NCBI GenBank assembly: GCA_964035575.1
Contig: OZ037847.1
Location: 186,001-250,000, forward strand
DNA length: 64,000 bases
Origin: Rhynchopus sp. YZ270_cl-10
Taxonomy: Eukaryota
Direction of reading: 5' to 3'
The notes under the pieces were generated by a model. That model had not been told where the DNA came from. It worked only from the letters and a program-made list of their open reading frames with translations, and did not search any database. Numbering within the stretch: position 1 is the stretch's first letter; each line of letters begins with the position of its first letter. This document shows positions 33,796-45,336 of this stretch, piece after piece. Position numbers and translations under genes: made by a program.

Positions 33796-36700
33796 TCAAG
33801 GCCGCTTGATCTGGTCCGGGGGTATTCCTTCGGAGTGGGTGCCGTCCTCAGCCCATTTAACTTCGTACGTTCCGTCGGTGCCGACTGCCCAGATGGTGGC
33901 GTCGTACCAGCTGCCGTCCACGTAAAGGGCACGTACCTTCTCGTCGACGTTGAAGGTGTCGTACTCGTAGTAAGACTGTGAGTAGTACGACTCGTCGTAG
34001 CTCTGCGACGCGCCTCTGCTCTGCGGCTGGTCGTTGTACGTGCTCAGCTCCTTCTGCCTCGCCGGGCTGTCGTACTCCCCATACGGCTGCTGCTTGGGCT
34101 CCTTCTTCTTCTTCATCATCACAAAGATAATCGCCGCCACAATAGAACAACACAAAATGCACGCCGCAACGATCAACGCAATCTCCCAGTCCTCCAGGTT
34201 CGTGTCGCTGTCGTCATCATCAAAGTCCGGGTTCGGAGTGAAGGTGAACGGCGGTGTGACGGACGGGCTGTAGAATGTTGCCTGGGAAGCAGGGTTGTAG
34301 GTGCTGAGCTGGCAGACGTTTCCGGTGTTGAGCTGGCATCTGGAGATGTCGGCGTTGATGGCGTTGAGCGCGTTCTGTGTGTCAGCGGTGGTGGAGGGCT
34401 GGTTGTTGGTGAGGAAGGACAGGTCCGCAATAGAGTTGCTTGCAGACTGCAGTGCAACGGCGCTGCGGTCCATCGTCTGACCGTTGCTGTTGAGGCAGCC
34501 CGTGGTTGGGCACGTTCCACCGTTGAAGCAGAACGTCTCCGGGCACACCCAGTTCAGAACAGGTGACATCGTCAGACCAGCAGCCGTCAGGATCGCCTGA
34601 ATCTTGGCAACCAGGTCCGCCACGTTGAAAGTGGAAAGGAGCTGGCGCAGCGTCAACCAGATCTCCTGTCCAGTGACACCGGGCGTTGTTCCGTCAGAGA
34701 CGGACACAGCAAGGTTGTACACGCTTGTTGCCTGTAGTGAGGTGCGGTGGGGTAGGGGTGTGTGGTGGGGGTAATTGGGGTGGAGATGCAGAACATACCC
34801 CAGCGCTGTTGCGCAGCACACACGACATGGTCGAGGTGCCCACTGCGTTGACGGTGAATCTGAGGATGCTGGTAGAGCCTGCGATGGTCAAAGTGGGGAC
34901 ACCCACGTAGGATGTGGACGGCACGGTGGAGCAGGTTCCGGTCACAGTTGTGTCAGTGATCCCCGAGGTGATGCTCGTGAAGACGTCAGTCAGTGCGTGT
35001 GAACCTCTGCTCACCACAACGGAGTTGCGGATCACGGCAGTAGGGCTGTTTCCGTTGGGGGTGCCACCCACGCAGTTCAGCACAACGTTGACACTGGAGA
35101 ACACAGGGCTTGTCTCGGCCCTCTCCTGCCAAGTGCCTCCCGACATGACGATCCCTGCAGGTCCACGTGCCACAGAGTTGCAGCTGGGCGAGTCGGACAA
35201 CGAGATCATCAGAGCGTACTTGGCCTGTAGTAAATAAAAGTGTGTCACGCACAGTCACTTTTGTAAAGATGCAAAAAAAAATAGAAATGCCCATACCGCA
35301 GTCGTGACACGCCACTGGCCACCGCCGTCAATTGTGGTCTGCGCAGTGCTGGTGCAGAAGTAGAAGAAGTACGCCAGGTCCGCAGACCAGAACGTGGGTT
35401 GCTGCCACAGCTGCTTCGAGTCGTCACGTGTGTACCTCTGGTTCAGGCCCGGGATCAGCGTAAAGCCGCTCGCGTCGAAGGGTGAGCAGTACGGTCCCGT
35501 GGGAGTCGTGCCGTCGGTGATGGTGTATGAAGACGAGCCCACGGAGGACACTGTAGGGAAAGGTGTAATAAACTTTTGGGAGGGGTTTGCATACCGACCA
35601 GCCCGCCACTCATGGCTGCCGCACGCACGGTCGTTGTGCCAATGGTGTTGATGGTGAACGGTCCTGTGTACGTCGGGCTTGTGCCGTCTGGGGTTGATCC
35701 GTCAAGCGTGTACTTGATCTCAGCACCAACGGTGGCGGTGTACGAGATAGTCACCTGCACAGTCGACGGGTACGGGCCGGAGTTCGGGGAGATGATTGGG
35801 GACACTGCGTTGGGACTCTGCGAGACGATGAGAGGTGTGGGGGTGGCGTCCGGTGGGTAGGTGCCCACACAGGGGCACTTGCACTGACCGTTGTGGGTGA
35901 CAGGATCAGAGTTGCCCAACTCATTGGCATCGCAGCTGAAGAACTGCTGGTCACCACCGTTCGTTCCCGGAAGTGGCTGGTTAGAGCATGAGTACTTCTC
36001 GCTGCTCAGGCAGTTCTTGCAGTTCTCGTTTTCGCAGTCGAAAGCACCAGCGTCGAAGACCTGCGACCACCTGTACTCGGCGCCCTCGTGCTGGAGCACT
36101 ACAGTCACGTTCGTGAGCCCGCTTCTCTTTGGCGAGCAGTAGTCAATACGGTATGTCGCAGTCTCGGTCTCAGCCGTCCTCGCGATAATGGCAAGAGCCA
36201 CCTGCTCGAACTGCGACACAAGCGCACCGTTGTTCTCAGCAACAAACACACCACCGGGGGCGAGCCTGTCAAGCGAGGCGCGGTCCAGACCCATCTTTCC
36301 GTTGTCTGTGTGTGGAAAAGGTTTATATGAGTGTATGGACTAATATAGCGTGCAAACTAAGGTGGCTTGCCCTTTGTTGGACAGGGGGCAGCTCACATAC
36401 TCATCTCACCGACAAGACCAACGGCGTAAGTCTCTAGCGGGTAGGTCACACCGGCCAAGGTGGCAAGTGCCTGTGCCTCCGTGGCGCGTGAAGCCTGTGG
36501 TGGTGGTGGGTGTAAACGTGCATGTGGCAGTTGTCATACCTGGTCCGTCCCGTCTGAGAAAATGATCAGGTGGGGCTGCTGTGTCCAGGCAAGGTTCTCG
36601 ACCTGGGGGTTCAGCACGTTGAGGACAATTTGCTGGATGGCACCGTACAGGTTGGTCGAAAAGTCAGTGCAGAAGGTGCCGCCACAGCTCCATCCGTTGA

Positions 36701-39700
36701 TAGCCTGTTGCGGTGTCATGGTGTTGTGGTGGGTGTTTAAACAATGCTTGGATGAGTGTCTCCCGTGCACTCTTCAGACAAAACAAGAGAATCAACGAAC
36801 ATACCGCAAGCAGCTGGTTCTGGTCTGATGTGAACGCGCTAATCTGCTGGATGTCCTGCTTTCCGTCAAACGCAAAGATAGCAACGTAGTGCTTCACAAT
36901 CAACTTCTTGCTCATTTCGTTCAGGTACGTTCTCACGGCCGCACGGATGGCCTCCTCTCCGTCTCCGAGACGCACCGACCCAGATGTGTCCAGAAGAATA
37001 GCGCTGACGACATCGGGGTAGCACACTACACGCGGCTCGGATTCAAACTTCGACACGCTCTCGAGCACGCCGTCGCTGTTCGTCTCGAGGATCTGGAAGT
37101 CAGAGAGCGAGTCACAGACACTCATGCGCAGCTTGGGCATCGGCCACTCGTCGGCACACTGCGGTGTGAAGCGCATCGACACACGCGAATTCCTGTTCAC
37201 CCCAAACTGCGAGTATCCTGCAGGGCGGTTTGCGTCCTGCACAGGAAGCCCGCCGTGCTTGCTGCACGTCACACGGTCACCACGCGCGCATGTCCCCTGT
37301 GGCTCGCAGATGATCGGACCAGGCCCAACAACGTTCGGGCCCGGGTATTCTGCCTCGTTCCCACAGGGGCAGCGGCAGTATCCGTTCCTCTCGACGGGTG
37401 TTGCCCCAGCAGCGCAGGCGAAGTTCTGGTTATCCTGTGTGGGCTGATTGCCGCAGGCGAACTCGCTGACGAGGCCACCGAGGCACTGGTTGCAGTCCTG
37501 CCCACTGACACCACACGTGATGCTCTCCTGTGCGTTGAAGCTCTGTTCCCAGTAGGTCTGCTGGCCGTCGCCCTGTGTGAGCTCAAGCTTGAAGGAGTGC
37601 ACGCCGGTTCTCTTGGGCGAGCAGTAGTCGAGACGGTAGCTCTTGGCTGCGGCAGACGAGATGGCCTGGCCCACTTTGGCGAACTCTGTCTGCAGCCCTG
37701 TCGCGGTCGGGAGGATGAAGAGACCTGCTGGGGCGATCTGCTGCAGACGTGCGGAGTCGACACCACGCATCCACAGGCCCTGCGAGCGCACCTCACCCTG
37801 CAGACCAATCGCAAATGTGCTGATACCGTTGCTGGACGCGATCCTCGCCTCTGCATCTGTGTTGTACTGCGCCTGGTCGGCACCGTCCGTGAAGAGTGCA
37901 ATGAAGGGCTGGCGTGCCACGTTGTCGTTGGTGTTGACGGGGTTGGCTGCGTGGTACGTCGTCAGAAGCTGTGCTCCCTGCACGACGGCACCGTTCAGGT
38001 TGGTCGAGTGGTCCAGGCATCTGTTTCCGTCACACGTCAGCGACGCAATGGCAGTCTTTGCAGCAGCGACACCGCCGAAGTCGGCGAGCCTGATGATGTC
38101 TCTCTGACCGTCAAAGGTGTACACCGACACAACGTGCGAGTTCAGGCCCACACCCAATCCGTCCAGGTAGGCATTCGCGTAGTCCTTCATCCTCTGCAGG
38201 GACCCGTACCCGCGCAGGATCGAGTCACTCATGTCCAGAAGCATAATTGTCGTCACGTGGGCTGTGGGTGTGGGTGTAGGTGTATATGTGCATGTGCAGT
38301 AATCGGCATACCTGGCTGCGGAACACAAGTGATGCGAGGTCTGCTCTCGTACAGGGATACAGGCTTGTAATCTCCGCCTGCGTCGGTCTCGTACAGCTTC
38401 AGGGACGAAAGCCTGTTGTTGGAATATGTGTAAAAAGAAAGTATTTCAACATAATATAGGTTTTACGCGTTCACCCTATTATACATTCAATAAATTGATA
38501 GCATAGGTCTAGGGACCAACAAATATGTTCCCAAAAAGAGAAAAGAAATAAAAGAATGAAGGTGCCTCTCGTGTGCACACATATAAACTAGACAGGGCTC
38601 ATGACACCTCTTAACAAATAACAAACACATACGAAGCGCACGGAGAGAAGGTAAGCCCGCCCACAGGCGATCCATCGCGGCACTGCGGTGTGAAGACAAG
38701 CGACAGCGTCGAGTCTCCGAGGATCTTGAAGTTCGATGCCTGGAAGTTGATCGGAGCCGTGGGGAGACCGTCAGCACAGTTCTTCTGCACAACGAGAGGG
38801 GGGACGGTGGTCTGGTCGTTGGCGGAGCACGTAGTTGCGGAGCACTGGGCAGGGTTCGACGGGCACGCGCATTGCTGCGTCGTGCAGGAGAAGGCAGACC
38901 CACCGGTGCATGTGTACGGGGCAAGCGCACCTCCTGACGCCGATGTGCACGGCTGTGTTCTGGTCGAGCTGATCAGGTTGCGCAGCGCACACTTCGGTGC
39001 GGTCGTGAAGGTATCCGTTGTGTACACGTGCTCGAGCTCGCTCCCCAGCACCGACACAACACGGTTGGAACCGTCCTCAAGCGTGAGCGTGTAGAGGATC
39101 TGTCTCAGGTTGTTGGTGTTGTCCAACGTGACTGCTGTGATGGTACCCATCGTGACCAGTCCTGTGGCGCGGTCCGGCACGTAGGCCACACGCTCCCCAG
39201 AGATGAAGCCCATGCTGGGACCAGTGGTTCCGTCCTTCACGATCATCACGTCCACTGTGTGGGTGCCTGCACGGCGTGGCGAGCAGTACGTGATGCGGTA
39301 CGAACGCGAGTAGTACGGCACAAGAAGCCCAGCAACGGTCTTCGCAAGTCCAGGAAGCGCAGCGGCGTTGGCTCCCAGGAAGGCGGCCTGCTCGTCACCG
39401 GTGATGGCGATGAGGTCCGCCACCTGGGTGGTTCTCTGGGGTGTGGCCGCACCAAGAGCGAACACGAGAAGCCCTTCTCTAGTGAGGGCTGACCTTGCGT
39501 CTGTTGCACCGAACCTACCTGCAAGATCGCGTCCATCGGTGAAGACCACAACAGCGTTGTCATATCCACGTGCAGTGGACGCCGCCACGACTGTGCTAAG
39601 AGTACGACGTGCACGCACCATGTCGGCAGCCTGAATCAGCGAACCGTACAACTCTGTGGACGAGTCGCCACAGAACGCCACACCCGGGGAACCCGAGGCA

Positions 39701-40278
39701 CCACCACAGACAACTCTGTCGACTGCCGCGAGCAGCGCATTCTTGTCCTGCGACCAGTCGCTGACGATCTGGGTTGCGGCACGTCCGTCGAAGCTGTGCA
39801 CAGCGATGGTGGGGAGGCCTGAGTTGCCCTGCTCCTGGCCCTCGAAGAGGCTGAGGATGAGCTGCTTGGCGGCGTCCTTTGTGGACTGCACGTAGCCCTC
39901 GAGGGCGGCGATGGAGTTTGACAGGTCGATGAGGATAATTGTCAGGGACGTGCCGGGCTCCACCTCCACGGTCATCTCGGCCTCGAGGTCCGACACGAAG
40001 TTGCCATCATCGAGCACCTTCCAGTTCTGGGCTGCGGCACAGCTTCCTGAGGCAAGACCCGAGATGGGAAGCCCGTTGCACCACGCCTCCACGCTAATGG
40101 TGACAGTCGAGTCACTCGACACTGAAACAGGTGTGTTCCTCAGGGGCAGGTGCGAAATGCTCGGACATCCCAGCCCCTCAAACACACCGGGAATACGCGG
40201 CGGGCTCACACCCAAAAACTGGGCAACGCTCCCTCCTGCAAGGAGAAGCATCGCCGCCATGGTGGCTGCGACGTGCAT
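33796..40278 (-). CDS. Type I membrane protein: 3 VWA domains, Fn3-associated/CHB_HEX_C-like domain, TM, cytosolic Tudor/Agenet-like domain; 9 exons
   Basis: MIDAS-type motifs LIDLSNS, LLDMSDS and LLDTSGS, each followed by F(T/S)DG.D and Y(R)xxYCSP(K/R)R.G. Also IKYTLDGSTP, a TM (IALIVAACILCCSIVAAIIFVMM-KKKK) and the terminal VRALYVDGSWYDATIWAVGTDGTYEVKW. Eight GTATG...AG introns join the ORF fragments in frame (~38413-38632, 38262-38311, 36705-36804, 36495-36539, 36306-36400, 35551-35594, 35225-35296, 34733-34798). Confidence 0.82.
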
Positions 40279-40666
40279 CGCAAACTGTGTTTCTTTTTTT
40301 ATGGGGCGACTTTAGCACACCCTGAAGGCCGTAGTTGTGTTGCCTCCTGTGGTGGTGGGGATTGAGGGAGAGGGAGGGAGGGAGGGAGGGAGGGTCAAGG
40401 AGAGAGGAAAAGGGTCGAATACGGGGTAAAGGGAATCTTTCTGACTGTATACACCACACACACCTTCCCCCCTACCCACTGACAACCGCTGCCGATTGGC
40501 TGAGAAACACAATTCGTCGTTAAAGCCTCTGTGCATTGTGTGCAACACAGGGGATCTTCTGCCCAGAAAGTGGGACAGGCTGGACCACACTGCAATCACA
40601 CTGCAGATGTTCTACCGCACCCCATGAGATGTTCTACTGGAAGTGTACACCGGCCACAAAACACAA

Positions 40667-43582
40667 TTACTCTGTGCGCTTTGCAGCGTCCCATTCGGTG
40701 TACTGTGCAAAGGTTTCCATGAACTCAAGTCTGGTGCGCAGTTCCTTCGTGCGCGGGCACTCACGCAGTTCCCCACGCACCTTCCCCCTTTCCAGCCAGA
40801 GTTCGCTTATCTCCTCCAGGAATGCGTTCTTCTTTGGCGCAGTGATCGTACTGACGTACCCGTCCGTCACCCAGGGGGGGAGGTTGAGTGTACCTCTCAG
40901 GACCCGCAAGGGCTCGACCTCCGCTTTGTCCCACTGGCGGAGGGACTTGAACTGCAGCATGCACGCTAACTTCGTCTTTCGCACTGTGCCGTGTTCTGTC
41001 GCAATGTCAAGCGCGCCACCTTCACGCTCATCTTCCCGCAGCGCTACTATGATTTGCATGAAGGTGTCACTGTCTGTGTACGCGTCGATGTCGTGCGCGC
41101 GGAACCCAAGGTTCAAGCGCCGTGCCTTGTCCTCGAGAAGACGCTCCCTGTCGAGCAGCTCCTGCTTCCCTGCCTGGCGGGAGTCGTTTCGCCGTGCCTG
41201 TGTGAGTGTCCTGATGGCGACGCTTGCTTTTGTCGACTCTTGTGTTGTGCGCTGGTCCAGCAGATCGCTCGGCCCGAGCGGTGCCTTATGGGCATGCAGG
41301 AAGCTCAGCCCATGTCCCTCTAATGTGTGGACAACCCTGGTGGGGAGGGCACAGCACTGCCGGTAGAGGAGCTCCCCAAACTTGACGACGAGGTCGCGGT
41401 CGTGGAAGGGGAACAGCGCACCGCAGGCAGTGGCCGTGTCGCTGCGGATCTGCTGCACGTACGGCGCCACACACTTCAGACCATTCACAATCATGTTGAA
41501 CTCCTGCGGTGCCTCTAAGTCCGTATATGTCCTCCCGCCAGAAGCATCCACCTCACCGTTCCTCTTCTTCCGCGGTACAAACACCCCAAGAACATCCTCC
41601 CCACAGGCATTCTTCCTCGGAGTCAAAGAGTGCTTAGAAATGAACTGCTTCCCGCTATGGTATGAACAGAGCTGTATCAAATGCGTCAATATGCACAGCA
41701 ACACAGATGCCACGTTGTGGCAGCTTGCATCGTCCTCAGACAGGCACTCAATGTCCTGCACGAGAAGCTCTGCGCACGCTTCACGCTGCCCGCTGTCACG
41801 GGGCACGATCACCACATCCTGCGCCATATTGTCAACCCGCGCAAGCAGACAGTCGGTCACCTCGTACACAACGTCATCTCCGACCTCCCCCTCTTTGTAG
41901 TAAAGGTAATGAAACAACGCACACCCGTCGCTGATGAAGGCTGGCAGCAGACCTATGTCCAACGACTCTTCACTCAGACACCCTACACCCCTTGGCCACG
42001 TAAACCTATCGCCAGCGAGACTTGCACAATTGGTCACTGTGAACTGAGCACCTTTGGAAGGGCTTGCCTCAAGCTTTGCCTCCACCATGAACACGACGTG
42101 CTCTCTGCGGCTCCTGTCGTACGCAGGCGAAGCGAAGATGCCTTCTGCGGGCACCGTGATATCCCCACGCACCTCATCACCCTCGGCCACATGCTTCTCC
42201 ACAGGCAACACCGCAACAAGACAGCAGCGCTCCAGATCCAGCACGTCCACTCCATCCTTCTGATTATCAATGGCAAACCTACTGAACACAAGCACATCCC
42301 CAGGGTCCTTAGGATCCACCCCCTCACAGCCTTCCCTCTTTAAGGACTCCAATGCGGGACAGTCATATGGTTGGCGTGAGTCCAAGCCTTGGAGGGTTGC
42401 ACGGTGGCCTTGGGCGGTTGAGTTGTAGATCGAGGTGATTATGAACTTAGAGCAAAGCGGTGTGAATGTGGGGAGACTGGATTCGACCAGCGGGGCTGTA
42501 TCGCGGTGGGCACCCCAGGGTGCACCGGAGTGCGCGCAGTGTATGGTGCGCACCACACCAGAGGTGACCTCGTTGTCCTTACATTCGAGTCTGCGAAAAA
42601 CTATCGTGTCCTCGACACAGATGAAGCCTTTCTTCCCGCCTTCGTAACCTTCCTTCTCGATGAATGCAGGAAAGATTATCCTCAGTAAGCCACGGGCCAG
42701 ACGCACCCGCTTCTGATGACGTCCATCAAAGCTTTTATTCTCAAGAAATATTTTCCCGTCCTCACCCCCATGCACCCCCACCACCACGTACACATATTCT
42801 ACCACCATCTTCGAGTTTGCAAACACTTCTATTCCGTCTCCGCTTGCTACCTTTTCCAACTTCACGACACATCCTTCGCTCATTGGCACGCTTTCCGCTC
42901 TTTTAAGGAACGTAGTTAATGTGGAACGCTGCAGGGCGTGAGTTAAGAGCGCGAGGTGGATCCTGTCTGGGGTAACCTTTGTCACGCAGAACCAGGCAGC
43001 TACGGTGCTTGGCTTCACGATGCGGGGGGCACTACCACCACCACCCTGATCGGTTGTCACAACAGCAAAGTGCAGCGAACGGCTCACCACCCTCTCATAT
43101 TCCTCTTTGTTCTTGCCCATATCCGGCACACCCACACCACGAAGCTGAGCACGCAAACCCCCCCACGGTGCAACAGCAGGGTGTGCAGACTGTGTGGCGG
43201 AGATCTCAATTTGCGCGTTGTCATCTGCGATTTGAGACACTCCCGACAGCGCAATGGGCACGCAGAACTGCGCAACACGGCTTTTTTCCCAGGTTTTCAG
43301 CAGATACACGTCTGTTGGTACTAAAGCCCCCTCTGTCCCAGGGCGGTGCACGGTGATGCGTTCCTGTTTGAGGTTCTGCAGACTGACGATGTCACCTACG
43401 CGCAGCGGACGAAGCGGTACTAGCCATTCGTTGAAATGCGTCACCAAGGCCACACGGCGTGGGCCATCTGCAACACCCCCACCCACACCACCGCATGTTT
43501 GCATCAACCACACTGCTGTTGAAGCGTCATCTGATGGTAGCTGCACGGTGTGCTCTCCTTTCAGTAAGAATTCTGTGTACAT
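40667..43582 (-). CDS. Hypothetical protein (971 aa), possibly with N-terminal OB-fold-like domains
   Basis: Long uninterrupted GC-rich ORF with no confidently recognised domain. LRVGDIVSLQN resembles an OB-fold motif. Confidence 0.7.
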   Translation of the reverse strand: MYTEFLLKGEHTVQLPSDDASTAVWLMQTCGGVGGGVADGPRRVALVTHFNEWLVPLRPLRVGDIVSLQNLKQERITVHRPGTEGALVPTDVYLLKTWEKSRVAQFCVPIALSGVSQIADDNAQIEISATQSAHPAVAPWGGLRAQLRGVGVPDMGKNKEEYERVVSRSLHFAVVTTDQGGGGSAPRIVKPSTVAAWFCVTKVTPDRIHLALLTHALQRSTLTTFLKRAESVPMSEGCVVKLEKVASGDGIEVFANSKMVVEYVYVVVGVHGGEDGKIFLENKSFDGRHQKRVRLARGLLRIIFPAFIEKEGYEGGKKGFICVEDTIVFRRLECKDNEVTSGVVRTIHCAHSGAPWGAHRDTAPLVESSLPTFTPLCSKFIITSIYNSTAQGHRATLQGLDSRQPYDCPALESLKREGCEGVDPKDPGDVLVFSRFAIDNQKDGVDVLDLERCCLVAVLPVEKHVAEGDEVRGDITVPAEGIFASPAYDRSRREHVVFMVEAKLEASPSKGAQFTVTNCASLAGDRFTWPRGVGCLSEESLDIGLLPAFISDGCALFHYLYYKEGEVGDDVVYEVTDCLLARVDNMAQDVVIVPRDSGQREACAELLVQDIECLSEDDASCHNVASVLLCILTHLIQLCSYHSGKQFISKHSLTPRKNACGEDVLGVFVPRKKRNGEVDASGGRTYTDLEAPQEFNMIVNGLKCVAPYVQQIRSDTATACGALFPFHDRDLVVKFGELLYRQCCALPTRVVHTLEGHGLSFLHAHKAPLGPSDLLDQRTTQESTKASVAIRTLTQARRNDSRQAGKQELLDRERLLEDKARRLNLGFRAHDIDAYTDSDTFMQIIVALREDEREGGALDIATEHGTVRKTKLACMLQFKSLRQWDKAEVEPLRVLRGTLNLPPWVTDGYVSTITAPKKNAFLEEISELWLERGKVRGELRECPRTKELRTRLEFMETFAQYTEWDAAKRTE

Positions 43583-43783
43583 TGTTTTATACTTTTTTGG
43601 TTATGTTTCTCTGGAACTTTGAATGAATATGAGGGCCTATTTGAGGAGGAAAGGGGGAAAAAAAGATAAGATATACGATGTCGGGCATGTACAGCGTCCG
43701 CAGCATCTCGCGGATCTTACATCCCGCATCATACCCGCACATGCTCTCTGCCCTCCAAGCCCACAAGAAGGTCCCCAGGTGCT

Positions 43784-44313
43784 GTGTCTCGCTTCCGCTG
43801 GGCAGATGTGTTCCCATCGAGAGGGCAGAGCCTAGCCATGGCTCTGTCGAATAAGATGTACCACGCCGCGTCGCGGATTTCGTTCGGTGTGCGGCTCAAC
43901 CTGCGGGACAAGACCGTCGGCCTCGATCCCGAGCGGGTGACTAAGGTGTCTCGATCCCCGCCGGGTAGGACGCTTGCTCATCATGTGGGGGTGTACCGAT
44001 GGGCGACATACGTGATGCGACGCTGCACGGGGTGTCCTCTGCTGGGCCGCATCGAGACCTCGCTCGGCTGTGCACGAGCAAGCGTGAATGGGACCGCCCT
44101 ACTGCGCGACACGAGGACATCCAGGCAGAATACCGCCACATGGAGAACTGGATCACCGCAGTGTCGCCGAGGCAGCTGTGGGAACACGGGACGGATAGCA
44201 TGTCTGGTCGGATGCCAGTGACGTGGGGAGTGCGATCGTGCTGCTGGACCCGACGAATGCCAGGTGGTGAAAGCGAGAGTATAGTTATCGCACAGCATCA
44301 ACAAAGTGTGTAA
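43784..44313 (+). pseudogene. Coding-like, frameshifted remnant; possibly a decayed tyrosine-recombinase fragment
   Basis: GC-rich island on the opposite strand to all genes. Across a frameshift it reads VFPS...GLDPERVTKVSR...TLAHHVGV/MGDIRDATLHG, loosely following the tyrosine-recombinase C-terminal layout. The catalytic HxxR is not intact. Confidence 0.25.
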
Positions 44314-45336
44314 GGAAAAGAGTAGTTGAAAATGTGCTAAAACGCAGATTAGTCGTAATGCAAAGGAGAGACCAAAAACGGAAAGCCTTTTTTTTTTCGA
44401 AAACATTTTTTTGGAATTGGAAAAAAAAAAAAATAAGCAAAAAGTAATGAGGCTAATCTGAGAACAGAGGACCCAGATGGATAACCCAAATAAAACCAAG
44501 GTGGGGTGGTGGTGGTGTGGATGGTGGGGGAAAAAAGGGTAAAGAAAATGGGGGCAAAAAGAAAAGGGGGGTTTGAACAAAGATGAATATGCCTCACTGG
44601 GCAATAAGACATCTTCAGAAAAGAAAAGAAAAAAAAGAGAGCCTTTTCCCAGGGTGCAATTTTTTTGGGGTGGCGATTTCACAGAAAGCATTTTCTGAAA
44701 AACTGAGGCACCATTTTCGCACCTGCGGGGGAGAAAAAAGTCCCACTGGGGGCGTGTACCTAAATTTTGTGTGAAAAACTCAAAAACCCTCGAAAATTGC
44801 CCCTATTTTTCATAATCGGGCGAAGCGCTGGGAAAGGCTGGAAGAAAAAAAGATGGGAAAACACCTGGGCAACGAGGGGATAGAGGGGACCGCTTGACAC
44901 CCCCCCAAAGAGGGGGCAGTATTTTGTTAAAAGGTACGACGGCTTCTTTAAAAAAAAAACATCTTCTCAATAAAAAAGGTTGATAAGACCGAACCTCGTA
45001 TCACCTTATCAAAAGGCACACTCAAATATGAGTGGAAAGATAATGAGAAAAAATGCAACTCTTTTTTGACTATTTTTTTAAAAATGGAAGCAGAAAAATA
45101 GAAATTGTTTTTATTTGCACAAAGACGGAGGGTGCGCTCTTTCTTCTGTCCAAAACACTCCTTTTTCAAATGAACGGAACTTCTTCTGTTGACCCGACCA
45201 CTTTCAGTTGTGTATGAGGAAGAGGGACAATACGTACCTATTTTGTGCCCATATTTCTAGGAACCATGGCAAAACCTGTTTTTTTTTAAAATGCGATTTT
45301 TTGTGTATATTTGAAGGAACACACTAAGACAAAAAA

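Noticed and set aside
36889..38370. 493-aa plus-strand ORF and similar antisense ORFs over genes
   Set aside because: These are shadow ORFs opposite GC3-rich coding exons, with no recognisable motifs.
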